Numbered from the stretch's first letter, positions 49,433 through 58,151 are shown. The stretch: 64,000 nt of DNA from Terriglobus sp. (GCA_965200815.1 OZ241387.1:17112-81111), one strand, 5' to 3'. The notes: generated by a model from the sequence alone, not told the origin. A program made the numbers and translations.

Positions 49433-52400
49433 TGGGCCGCTTATTCGGCGCGCTGGTCCACGCCAGCCTGCACAACCGACTGTTTGTGCTCGTCGCGGCG
49501 GCGCTGCTGGTCGCTTATGGCGGCTTCGAGCTGAGCCGAATGCCTGTGGACGTGTTCCCGGACCTGAACCGCCCCACGGTCACGCTGATGACTGAGGCCG
49601 AGGGCATGGCGCCGGAGGAGGTGGAGCAGCTCGTCACCTATCCGCTGGAAACCGCCATGAACGGCATGCCCGGCGTGGAACGGGTGCGCTCCGTCTCCGG
49701 TGTGGGCCTGTCCATCCTCTATGTGGAATTCGCCTGGGGCACCGACCTCTACAGGAACCGCCAACAGGTCGCCGAGCGCATCGCTTCCGTCCGCGAGCAG
49801 CTTCCGGCAAGCGTGGTGCCTCAGATGGGTCCAGTCACGTCCATCATGGGCGAGATCATGCTGGTGGCGATGACGGCGGAAGACGTGAGCCCGATGCAGG
49901 TGCGGGAGCTCGCGGACTTCACGGTGCGTCCCCGCCTGCTGGCGATCCCCGGCGTGGCCCAGGTCATCCCCATCGGTGGCGAGGTGCGGCAGTATCAGGT
50001 CACGCCCAACGTCCCGCAGATGGCCCGGCTCGACATCTCGCTCGACGAGGTGGAGCGTGCGGTGAAGCAGTTCGGCGCCAACACCGGCGGCGGCTTCGTC
50101 GACCAGAACCGGGCGGAGTACGTCGTTCGCAACATCGGGCGCACCACCCGCATCGAGGATCTCCGCAGCCTGGTGGTCACGATGCGCGCCGGGCAAGCCA
50201 TCACCCTGGGCCAAGTGGCCACGGTGGACTTCGCCGCCCGTTTCAAGCGCGGCGACGCGGGCGCCAACGGCAAGCCCGTCGTGATCCTCTCCGTCCAGAA
50301 GCAGCCCGGTGCCGACACCGTGCCGCTTGCCAGGGCGGTGGAAGCCGCGCTGGCGGATTTGACCCGAACGATGCCGCAGGGTGTACGGGCCGACCAAGTG
50401 CTGTTCCGCCAAGCCAACTTCATCGAGGCCAGCATCGGCAATGTGGAGGAGGCGTTGCGGGATGCGGTGATCGTCGTCGCGGTGATCCTGTTCGCTTTCC
50501 TGCTGAACGTGCGGACCACGCTGATCTCGCTGCTGGCGATCCCGATCTCCATCCTGTTCACCGTGCTGGTGTTCCGGCTCTCCGGTCTGTCCATCAACAC
50601 CATGACCCTTGGCGGCCTCGCCATCGCCATTGGCGAGCTGGTGGACGATGCCGTGGTTGATGTGGAGAACGTCTTTCGTCGGCTGAAGGAGAACCGCGAG
50701 GCGGGCAATCCTCGCCCCGTGCTGGTGGTGGTGGCGGCGGCGAGCCAGGAGGTGCGGTCCGGCATCATCTACGCGACCATCATCGTGATGCTGGTGTTCC
50801 TGCCCCTGTTCGCGCTGCAAGGTATCGAGGGCAAGCTGTTCGCCCCGCTGGGCATCGCCTACATCGTCTCGATCCTGGGCAGCCTGGTCACCTCGGTCAC
50901 GGTGACGCTGGTGCTCTGTTACTACCTGATCCCCGGCATGAAACGGCTGACAGAGCGGGAGAGCCCGATGGTCCGAGTGCTGAAGCGCTGGGACACCCGA
51001 CTGCTTCACTGGTCGTTCGGTAAGTTGGCGCCACTGTCTTTCGTGGTGCTGGCCCTGGTCGGCCTGGCCGCAGCCGGTGCGTGGTTCCTCCCCCGCAGCT
51101 TCCTGCCGCCCTTCAACGAGGGCACGCTCACCGTCAGCATGACGTTCCAGCCCGGCATCAGCCTGGCCGAGAGCAACCGCTTGGGTGGCATCGCGGAACG
51201 GCTGATCATGCAGGTGCCGGAAGTGAAGTCGGTGGGACGCCGGGTCGGCCGGGCCGAGCTGGACGAACATGCGGAAGGTGTCCACTCGACCGAGATGGAC
51301 GTGGACCTGCGGCCCGGTCGGCCCAAGGAGCAGGTGTTGGCGGAGTTGCGCCAGCGTGTCGCCGTGCTGCCCGCCGCGTTCAACATCGGCCAACCCATCG
51401 GACATCGACTGGAACACCTGCTGTCCGGCGTCAACGCGGCGATCGCGGTCAAGCTCTACGGCGACGACCTCGACACGCTGCGAGGGTTGGCCGAGGACCT
51501 GCGCACGCGCATGGCCGCGGTTCCTGGCCTGGTGGACGTGCTGGTGGAACGCCAGGTCCGGGTGCCGCAACTTCAGGTTCGCCTGGATTACGATCGCGCC
51601 GCGCTCTACGGCGTGACCCCGGCGGCACTGGCTGACAGCTTAGAGAAGCTGACCAACGGCAAGGTGGTCAGCCAGGTGGTCGATGGGCAGAAGCGGTTCG
51701 ACGTCGTCCTCCGGCTCGCCGACAGGGAGCGTACGACCGAGGCGCTGGCTGGACTCCTGGTGGAAACACCGAAAGGCCGGGTTCCGCTGCGGACCTTCGC
51801 CGATGTGGAGGACACGGACGGACCCAACCAGGTCCTGCGTGAGAACGGGCGGCGCCGCATCGTCGTGCAGGCCAACACCGATGGCGGCGACATGGGGCTT
51901 GCCGTCGAGGGCATCCGCGCGGCGGTGGGCAAGCTCGCCCTTCCGTCCGGCTACTCGGTCGAGGTCGAGGGCACGTTCCAGGCGCAGGAGGAAGCGGCCA
52001 AGTTGATTGGCGTGCTGTCTCTGGTCAGCCTGGCGATGATCTTCACGGTTCTCTACTCGCGCTATCGCTCGGCGGTGCTGGCGCTGCTGATCATGGGCAA
52101 CGTGCCACTGGCCTTGATCGGCTCCGTGGCGGCGCTGTGGATCGCGGGCCAGCCGCTCTCGGTAGCCAGCATGGTGGGCTTCATCACCTTGACCGGCATC
52201 TCGGCCCGCAACGGCATCCTCAAGGTCAGCCACTACATCAACCTCGTGCTGCACGAAGGCTGCGCCTTCGGGCCGGAGATGGTGGTGCGCGGCAGCCTGG
52301 AGCGGCTGACCCCGGTGCTGATGACGGCGTTGTCGGCCGGGTTCGCACTGCTTCCGCTGATGCTAGGCGCCGACGCACCGGGCAAGGAGATCCTGCACCC

Positions 52401-52551
52401 CGTGGCGATCACCATCTTCGGCGGCCTGGTCAGCGCCACCCTGCTCGACACGCTGCTGACCCCCGTCCTGTTCCTGCGTGTCGGCCGCAAACCACTGGAG
52501 CGGCTGATGCAGCCGGATGCAGACGGCCTCCGGCCCGCCGAGGCCTTTTGA
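49432..52551 (+). CDS. HME-RND permease (CzcA/CusA family), system 3
   Basis: 1039 aa. MGRLFGALVHASLHNRL...MPVDVFPDLNRPTVTLMTEAEGMAPEEVE, and a TM4 motif AIGELVDDAVVDVEN. The start overlaps the MFP stop (TGATG). Confidence 0.9.
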   Translation: MGRLFGALVHASLHNRLFVLVAAALLVAYGGFELSRMPVDVFPDLNRPTVTLMTEAEGMAPEEVEQLVTYPLETAMNGMPGVERVRSVSGVGLSILYVEFAWGTDLYRNRQQVAERIASVREQLPASVVPQMGPVTSIMGEIMLVAMTAEDVSPMQVRELADFTVRPRLLAIPGVAQVIPIGGEVRQYQVTPNVPQMARLDISLDEVERAVKQFGANTGGGFVDQNRAEYVVRNIGRTTRIEDLRSLVVTMRAGQAITLGQVATVDFAARFKRGDAGANGKPVVILSVQKQPGADTVPLARAVEAALADLTRTMPQGVRADQVLFRQANFIEASIGNVEEALRDAVIVVAVILFAFLLNVRTTLISLLAIPISILFTVLVFRLSGLSINTMTLGGLAIAIGELVDDAVVDVENVFRRLKENREAGNPRPVLVVVAAASQEVRSGIIYATIIVMLVFLPLFALQGIEGKLFAPLGIAYIVSILGSLVTSVTVTLVLCYYLIPGMKRLTERESPMVRVLKRWDTRLLHWSFGKLAPLSFVVLALVGLAAAGAWFLPRSFLPPFNEGTLTVSMTFQPGISLAESNRLGGIAERLIMQVPEVKSVGRRVGRAELDEHAEGVHSTEMDVDLRPGRPKEQVLAELRQRVAVLPAAFNIGQPIGHRLEHLLSGVNAAIAVKLYGDDLDTLRGLAEDLRTRMAAVPGLVDVLVERQVRVPQLQVRLDYDRAALYGVTPAALADSLEKLTNGKVVSQVVDGQKRFDVVLRLADRERTTEALAGLLVETPKGRVPLRTFADVEDTDGPNQVLRENGRRRIVVQANTDGGDMGLAVEGIRAAVGKLALPSGYSVEVEGTFQAQEEAAKLIGVLSLVSLAMIFTVLYSRYRSAVLALLIMGNVPLALIGSVAALWIAGQPLSVASMVGFITLTGISARNGILKVSHYINLVLHEGCAFGPEMVVRGSLERLTPVLMTALSAGFALLPLMLGADAPGKEILHPVAITIFGGLVSATLLDTLLTPVLFLRVGRKPLERLMQPDADGLRPAEAF

Positions 52552-52574
52552 CCCGTTAACCAAGGAGAACCACG

Positions 52575-52958
52575 ATGAAACTGCACATTCTGGCCGCCGC
52601 GTGCGGCTTGTTGCTCGCGCCTACCGGGGCGTTCGCCCATGGCGAGCCGCCCGCACCTTCCCATGGCGGCCAAGTCGTCGAGGACTCGTCAGAACACTGG
52701 ATCGAATTGGTCGCGAGCGCCGGTGGGTTGACCGTCTACGTCCTCGACGAGGGCAAGAAACCCATTCCGAGCACCCAACTCGGCGGCAAGGCAACCGTGC
52801 TGGTCGGCGGCAAGTCCCAGGTCGTGATGCTCACACCCGGCCCGGGCAACAGCCTCGGCGGCAAGCTCGCGGCTCCGGCCACCGGAAAAATGACGACGGT
52901 GCTGTCGCTCACCGTGTCTGGCAAGCCCGCCCAGGCGCGCTTCGCCTCCACCCACTGA
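52575..52958 (+). CDS. Small periplasmic accessory protein with His-rich mature N-terminus (family member 3)
   Basis: Signal peptide MKLHILAAACGLLLAPTGAFA, then HGEPPAPSHGG. HWIELVASAGGLTVYVLDEGKKPI parallels LFELVARIEGGAVIIHLDR in the 47789 fusion and the 27406 protein. Confidence 0.6.
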   Translation: MKLHILAAACGLLLAPTGAFAHGEPPAPSHGGQVVEDSSEHWIELVASAGGLTVYVLDEGKKPIPSTQLGGKATVLVGGKSQVVMLTPGPGNSLGGKLAAPATGKMTTVLSLTVSGKPAQARFASTH

Positions 52959-52981
52959 CCCGTCACCATAAGGAGTTCACC

Positions 52982-53392
52982 ATGATGCATTTCTTCAAGC
53001 GCACTGCCGTTGCCCTCGCGACGTTGACTGTCGTTGCCGCCGCTCTGCCCGTTCACGCCCAGCAACCTGCCGCTGCGGCGCCGATGAAGCCGACGCCGGG
53101 CATGGCGCCAATGGCTCATTCCGGCGGCGGCACGGCTGCACCGGACTCGCTGATGGGGGCGATGGACAAGATGTCGAAGGACATGGCCGCGGTCCCCATG
53201 ACCGGGGACTCCGACAGGGACTTCGCGGCGATGATGATCCCGCACCACCAAGCCGCCATCGACATGGCCCGCTACCAACTCGCGCATGGCAAGGATCCCG
53301 TGATGCTCAAGCTAGCTCGGGCTGTGGTGGCAGCACAGGAGAAAGAAATCAGCGAGATGAAGCAGTGGCTTGCTAGGCATTCTACTCGATGA
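52982..53392 (+). CDS. DUF305-family periplasmic protein
   Basis: AAGGAG then ATG 52982, with a signal peptide. DRDFAAMMIPHHQAAIDMA and AQEKEISEMKQWL are typical of DUF305. The linker is Met-rich. Confidence 0.75.
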   Translation: MMHFFKRTAVALATLTVVAAALPVHAQQPAAAAPMKPTPGMAPMAHSGGGTAAPDSLMGAMDKMSKDMAAVPMTGDSDRDFAAMMIPHHQAAIDMARYQLAHGKDPVMLKLARAVVAAQEKEISEMKQWLARHSTR

Positions 53393-53418
53393 TTAGCGTT
53401 ACGATAAATGATGCAGAC

Positions 53419-53452
53419 GGCAGTCAGCGCGGCCATGGCCGCGCTGACTGCC
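53419..53452. terminator. Perfect 16-bp palindromic hairpin after the DUF305 gene
   Basis: ggcagtcagcgcggcc at ggccgcgctgactgcc, 27 nt after the stop. Confidence 0.6.
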
Positions 53453-53831
53453 AATCGCTTCTGTTATGGTCTATAAACATTAAGATGGCCGCTTACACGG
53501 GTCTTGCGTTCCATTGCTCTTCAAACCCGATACTGTGAGGCTAATCGCGGCAGCATTCCCGAAATACGATCCACACTGTGCGAAAACCCGGTTCTAGATT
53601 TGGCGAACAGAATATCATGCTGATTGGAGCCGCTTCTTCCACGGATTGCTGGCAAGCACCGCTCTAAAATCCAGTATTTTTGATCGAACGGCTCAGGAGG
53701 GCAGAAGGTCATTCTCCAAACTTTTTGCGACTAGGAGTTTTCGCACGGTCTGCGATCCTTTTCGAGAAAAGCAGAGGCGCCGACGCCGGGCGGTGAAGGT
53801 CTGCAAAGTATGGATTGCAGCGAATTCCATC

Positions 53832-55292
53832 CTTAGCTCGACTTTGGCCAATTCTGACGATTTTGGGCGGCAGAGCGGGTCTGGCGGTAGTTTGTCGCGT
53901 TCCCGCCAAGAGACGTCGTCATGCCCCCTCTGTCATCCCGTTTCGCCGGGGTCATCCTAAGCTTCGCACCGCTGTTCCTTCAACGCAGTTGGCGTCACGC
54001 CGAGGTGTTGCTGACCGGCGCCATCCTGGTGCCGGGCCAGCGCACGGTGACCAGCATCTTGCGCATCATGGGCCTCAGACAGGAGCGGCGGTTCGTGAAC
54101 TACCACCGCGTGCTGAACCGGGCGGCCTGGTGCCCGCGGGCGGCATCGCGCACCCTGCTTGGTCTTCTCGTCGCAGCGTTCGCGCCAAGAGGCCCCCTCG
54201 TGCTGGGGATCGACGACACGATAGAGCGCAGGCGCGGTAAGCGGATCGCGGCCAAAGGCATCTACCGTGACCCCGTGCGATCCAGTCATGGGCACTTCGT
54301 CAAGGCAAGTGGCCTTCGCTGGCTCAGCCTCATGCTGCTGGTCCCGGTTCCGTGGGCCAAGCGCGTGTGGGCTTTGCCGTTCCTGACAGCGTTGGCTCCC
54401 TCGGAACGATATTGCCAGGAGCGCGGACAGCGCCACAAAAAGCTGACGGACTGGGGACGCCAGCTCGTGTTGCAGGCCCGCCGCTGGCTGCCCGGCCGTG
54501 AGTTGGTCGTGATCGGCGACAGCGCCTTCGCCGCTCTGGAGTTCCTGGCCGTCACCGGCCGCCACGGGGTGACCTGTGTCACACGCTTGCGGCTGGACGC
54601 GGCCCTCTACGATCCGGCATCGCCGCGTCGGCCTGGCACCAACGGACGGCCCCGCACCAAGGGCAGGCGACTGGCGACGCTGTCCGAGATCCTGACCGAC
54701 CCGGCGACGCCCTGGCAGCGCGTCACCGTGCCGGGCTGGTATGGTGACGGCGAGCGCGAGATCGAGGTCAGCACCGACACCGCGGTCTGGCGGCACAGCG
54801 GGATGCCCATCGTGCCGATCCGATGGGTGCTCGTCCGGGACCCCGTAGGCCGGTTCGAATCTCAAGCTCTGCTCTGCACCGACCTGGCCCAGGATCCCGC
54901 CCAAGTCCTGCGCTGGTTCGTCCAGCGCTGGCAGGTCGAGGTCACGTTCAGGGAAGTCCGCGACCACCTGGGTGTGGAAACGCAACGCCAGTGGGCGGAC
55001 ACGGCCATCGCGCGCACGACACCCTGCCTGCTTTGCCTGTTCTCGGTCGTGACCCTGCTTGGAAAGCAGCTCACGCCGTATACCCGCCGAGCTACAGCTA
55101 CCAGCGCCTGGTAACGCAAGATACGCCCGACCTTTGCCGACACCCTCGCCGCCGTGCGCCGAGATATTTGGAAGGAAAGGGGTTTCGGCACATCCAGTCG
55201 AACCGCCCGCATGATAAAACTCAGGCCAGCAATCCGCAACGCCATCACCTACGCGCTTTGCCACGCAGCCTGATGGCCAAAGTCGAGCTTAG
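53832..55292 (+). mobile_element. Insertion sequence (~1.46 kb) with 19-bp terminal inverted repeats; IS4/IS701-like DDE transposase
   Basis: IRL is cttagctcgactttggcca (53832-53850). IRR is tggccaaagtcgagcttag (55274-55292), 18 of 19 complementary. A single transposase frame fills the interior. I could not identify target-site duplications. Confidence 0.75.
53921..55273 (+). pseudogene. DDE transposase interrupted by an in-frame TAA at 55112-55114
   Basis: The 397-aa ORF ends ...TRRATATSAW*. The same frame continues RKIRPTFADTLAAVRRDIWKERGFGTSSRTARMIKLRPAIRNAITYALCHAA to TGA 55271-55273, which abuts IRR. DDE-type motifs are present (LGIDDTIERRRGKRI, VIGDSAFA, QRWQVEVTFREVR). Confidence 0.7.
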
Positions 55293-55398
55293 TCGGTGAC
55301 CGTGCGAGCCGTGAAACGGTGACGAGAGGAGGCGAGGTAGTGAAGACGGGAAGGATGGTTGAGAGGGTTGAGAGGGGAGAGACTTGGGGCTGACACTG

Positions 55399-55647
55399 CT
55401 CGTGCCGGCCTGTCCCCTCGGGTTGCTGCGGTCTGAGCCACGGGGCCGGGCGCTCCTACCCCCGCTTTCCCTGCGGGAAAGCGCCTTCGGTTCGGCATTC
55501 TCGCTCAGGCATCCGGGCCGTGCCGTGCGCAGGGCCAAGGCCCCGCTTCGTCGCAACCCGAACGCCCTCCCTCACATGCCTCAGAGATAGGAGCGCCCGG
55601 CCCCGCGTCTCTCTTCGACCGCACCCGAGGGAACAAACCGGCACGAG
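55399..55647 (+). repeat. About 250-nt compound imperfect hairpin preceded by a purine-rich tract, 40 nt upstream of ssb
   Basis: The outer stem is ctcgtgccgg(55399-55408)/ccggcacgag(55638-55647). An inner perfect 17-bp stem is cggggccgggcgctcct(55441-55457)/aggagcgcccggccccg(55589-55605). A sub-hairpin cgctttccc-tgc-gggaaagcg also forms. The purine-rich leader at 55321-55390 resembles those of repeat copies 1 and 2. Confidence 0.6.
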
Positions 55648-55686
55648 CCGGAAGCCCTGGGGAAGAGAGATGAAGAGGGTCAGACC

Positions 55687-56157
55687 ATGGCGAAGTTCGT
55701 CAACAAGGTGCAGTTGCTGGGTAACCTGGGTGCGGACCCGGAGGTGCGGAACTTCCAGAACGGCGGGCGGGTGCTGACCTTCAGCCTCGCGACCAGCGAC
55801 ACCTGGAAAGACCGCCACAGCGGCGAGCGGAAAGAGCGGACCACCTGGCACCGCGTTTCGATTTTTGCCGATGGCCTGATCGACGTGGCCGAGAAGTATC
55901 TGAAAAAGGGCAGCAAGGTCCTGGTTGAGGGCAAGCTGGAGAACCGCGAGTGGACGGACGGTGAGGGCGTGAAGCGCACCTCCACCGAGGTGGCGCTGCG
56001 CCCGTTCAGCAGCGACCTGGTGCTGCTGGGCGACGCCCCGGCGAGCCGGAGTGAGAGCGCACCGCGCCGGGAGCGCCAGACGATGGGAGCCGGTGCCGGC
56101 GGACGTGGCTACAACCTGCCGAAAGACAACGATCTGGACGAATCCATCCCGTTCTGA
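55687..56157 (+). CDS. ssb: Single-stranded DNA-binding protein
   Basis: OB-fold N-terminus MAKFVNKVQLLGNLGADPEVR...TTWHRV, a Gly-rich linker, and an acidic tip DNDLDESIPF. Confidence 0.9.
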   Translation: MAKFVNKVQLLGNLGADPEVRNFQNGGRVLTFSLATSDTWKDRHSGERKERTTWHRVSIFADGLIDVAEKYLKKGSKVLVEGKLENREWTDGEGVKRTSTEVALRPFSSDLVLLGDAPASRSESAPRRERQTMGAGAGGRGYNLPKDNDLDESIPF

Positions 56158-56273
56158 GGCCCGGGTTCGGGCGCCCTACGGGGCGCCGCTCCCACCCCTT
56201 TCTCCCTTACCAAAAGGCTCGGTCTCATGATCCGCCAGTACTTTGCCCACGTTTCCAGGGCGGCACCAATCCA

Positions 56274-56651
56274 TTGCGGGTCGGTGTCGTCGCCACCGGC
56301 TCGATCTTCTACCTGCAGGATGAGGGCTTCTTCCGCGACCGCCACGGCGGCCGGGCCATTTGCCGCACGCCGTGGATCGTCGAGAGCTTCCTCAACGGTC
56401 AGTGCCATGCCGCCCGACGCGATCCGGCAACGGGTCGCTGGCTGGACACCTTCGTCAGCGGCCGATCCGACATGGCCGTGGTCCGCTCGCTGCGCGATGG
56501 CCGCCACCAGCAGGTCGCGGTCCGCATCCTGCAGCTGCACGACGATCTCGGGCTCTCGAAGGAGCCCACGCGCTACCCGCCTTTGCCGGACCTGCGGTTC
56601 TACCGCCGGCAGGCGCGCTGCCAGCCGATGCCGATGCGGCGAGCTGCCTGA
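56274..56651 (+). CDS. Hypothetical protein (125 aa, TTG start)
   Basis: My hand count gives GC3 of about 88% in this frame against about 72% at codon position 1. This favours the + frame over the exactly antisense ORF 56109..56540. There is no clear SD. Confidence 0.5.
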   Translation: MRVGVVATGSIFYLQDEGFFRDRHGGRAICRTPWIVESFLNGQCHAARRDPATGRWLDTFVSGRSDMAVVRSLRDGRHQQVAVRILQLHDDLGLSKEPTRYPPLPDLRFYRRQARCQPMPMRRAA

Positions 56652-56701
56652 CAGCAGCCTTGCAACCCCTCCTTCCGATCGCCCAATCTAGCGAGCACAC
56701 C

Positions 56702-57031
56702 ATGGCCGCCATCACCATCAATCTGCCGCTCTACCAGGTCCTGACCGAGTTGAAGGTCGGGGAGGACCGCGCCCGACAAGCGGCCGAGGCCTCGATCCCG
56801 GACCTCTCGGCCTTCGCAACCCGCGACGACCTCAAGATTGCCCTGGACGGCCTGGAGCAGCGGCTCGGCCGCACCATCGCCGAGAAGACGGACGGGCAGA
56901 CCAAGTGGATCGCGGCCATCGCCGCGAGCACGATCATCGTTCTGCTCAGTGGCTCGGCCTGGTTGTGGCCGCCGACCCGCTTCGCCGGGCCGCCCAGCCC
57001 GCCCGCGGCCGTCACTCTTCCCCAACACTGA
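56702..57031 (+). CDS. Hypothetical coiled-coil protein with C-terminal TM anchor (109 aa)
   Basis: MAAITINLPLYQVLTELKVGEDRARQAAEA...WIAAIAASTIIVLLSGSAWLW. Confidence 0.55.
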   Translation: MAAITINLPLYQVLTELKVGEDRARQAAEASIPDLSAFATRDDLKIALDGLEQRLGRTIAEKTDGQTKWIAAIAASTIIVLLSGSAWLWPPTRFAGPPSPPAAVTLPQH

Positions 57032-57089
57032 CCTGATCGCCCCGGACACTTCGCGCCGGCGTCTCTCGATCCTGCCCTGCTGACGGGCG

Positions 57090-57105
57090 CCCGGCGAAAG
57101 CCGGG
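57090..57105 (+). terminator. GNRA-loop hairpin cccggc-gaaa-gccggg followed by attgtt
   Basis: Read directly; it lies 59 nt after the stop at 57031. Confidence 0.4.
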
Positions 57106-57217
57106 ATTGTTCAGCACCCCTTATCAGGAGTTTTCCCATGACCCGCACGCGCTTCGGCACGGGCACACGCGCTGCTGCGCGCGTGCGCCGCCTCTCCCCC
57201 TCTCCGGGAGAGCCGTC

Positions 57218-57451
57218 ATGCTGATCGCCGAGATGGAGCGGCAGAGCTGCCTGGCCAGCGCCGAGCAGTGGCGTCGACAGGCCGAACAGATCCGCGAACA
57301 CGCAGGGCGCAGCTATCTGCAGCCTCGGCAGCGCGACACGCTGCTGGCCGAGGCGGACGCCTGCGACCGGCAAGCCGATTGGTGGGTGGCTGGCGCAGAC
57401 GACTACGTGCCGGCCGCGGCCACTGCATGCCTGGCAGCCCTGCTGCGGTAA
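57218..57451 (+). CDS. Hypothetical protein (77 aa)
   Basis: GGGAGAG lies before ATG 57218. Translation begins MLIAEMERQSCLASAEQWRRQAEQIREH. The start is overlapped by a 28-codon upstream ORF (57138..57224) that has its own AGGAG. Confidence 0.45.
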   Translation: MLIAEMERQSCLASAEQWRRQAEQIREHAGRSYLQPRQRDTLLAEADACDRQADWWVAGADDYVPAAATACLAALLR

Positions 57452-57643
57452 AGCGGAACGATCGGCAACGCTCCACGTCGTTACCCAAGCGCAAACGTGA
57501 TTGCGCCTGGCAATTACATCACCGCTTCTGGCCGGTCTGCCGCGTTCACAAGCAACGCAAACCAACGATCGGCTGAGCTCCACGACAATCAACCTAAATT
57601 GCGAGCTCGCAGCCTCGTTGCCGAGCAGCTCAGGAGGTCCACG

Positions 57644-57922
57644 ATGGTTAAGTTCAGCATCCGGCTGGTGCAACAAATCACGGAGCAGGGCTCCGGAGAT
57701 TTCATCATCGAGGCGTCAAGCGCCGAAGCTGCAGCCGGTATCCTTTTGGCGGCCTACAAGGCAGCTCAGGCCGAGGACTCCAGCGTCGTCGAGCTGCTGG
57801 ACGGTCAGGTGCAGCTGATTGAGCGCGCGGAGGTGCTGGGCCGCAGCGTCTCCTTCAAGTTGCTCGATGAGGATGGCGCCGAGGTTCGCTTGGTCACGGC
57901 ACCAGATGGTCGGGGCTCGTAA
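57644..57922 (+). CDS. Hypothetical protein (92 aa)
   Basis: AGGAGG at 57632-57637, then ATG 57644. Translation begins MVKFSIRLVQQITEQGSGDFIIEASSAEAAAG. Confidence 0.55.
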   Translation: MVKFSIRLVQQITEQGSGDFIIEASSAEAAAGILLAAYKAAQAEDSSVVELLDGQVQLIERAEVLGRSVSFKLLDEDGAEVRLVTAPDGRGS

Positions 57923-58151
57923 GCTCCTCCAACGGTTTGCAGCCTGCTGCGTCGATAAGCCAGTTCTTCTTCATGTCGCCCGAGCTATCTGGGTCAACGA
58001 TGATCTGAGTGGCGGAGGCTGCGGCACGTCGCGGTCCGCTTCAACCTGACGGTGCTCCACTGTGTTGCGCCCCCTTCGGGGTGAGGCGGGCCGCGTCGCG
58101 CCGCCGGTCGCATCCGCCGATCACGGCAGACCCACACAGCGGAGCGACACC

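Noticed and set aside
49441-51570. Long minus-strand ORFs antisense to RND, adaptor, OMP and ATPase genes (49441..51570, 24284..25558, 46202..47398, 47660..49288, 9447..10547, 13121..14239 on +, 35477..36433, 53957..55264 and others)
   Set aside because: Each overlaps a gene with clear family motifs on the other strand. All show junk-like Arg/Gly/His/Pro-rich composition, consistent with antisense shadow ORFs.
53453-53831. Lower-GC stretch between the DUF305 terminator and the IS, including the minus ORF 53521..53712
   Set aside because: It has no motif, no SD and no repeats matching the IS ends or the left junction. I treat it as junction DNA of unknown origin.
56109-56540. 143-aa minus-strand ORF opposite the 56274..56651 gene
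   Set aside because: It is an exact antisense partner. My hand count shows third-position GC of about 88% for the + frame against about 72% for the position that would be the minus-frame wobble base, so the + frame is the coding one.
57935-57984. 24-codon minus-strand ORF (MKKNWLIDAAGCKPLEELTSPDHLVP) starting at 57984 and overlapping the end of the 57644 gene
   Set aside because: It has no SD, overlaps a better-supported gene and has no terminator. It is likely a chance ORF.
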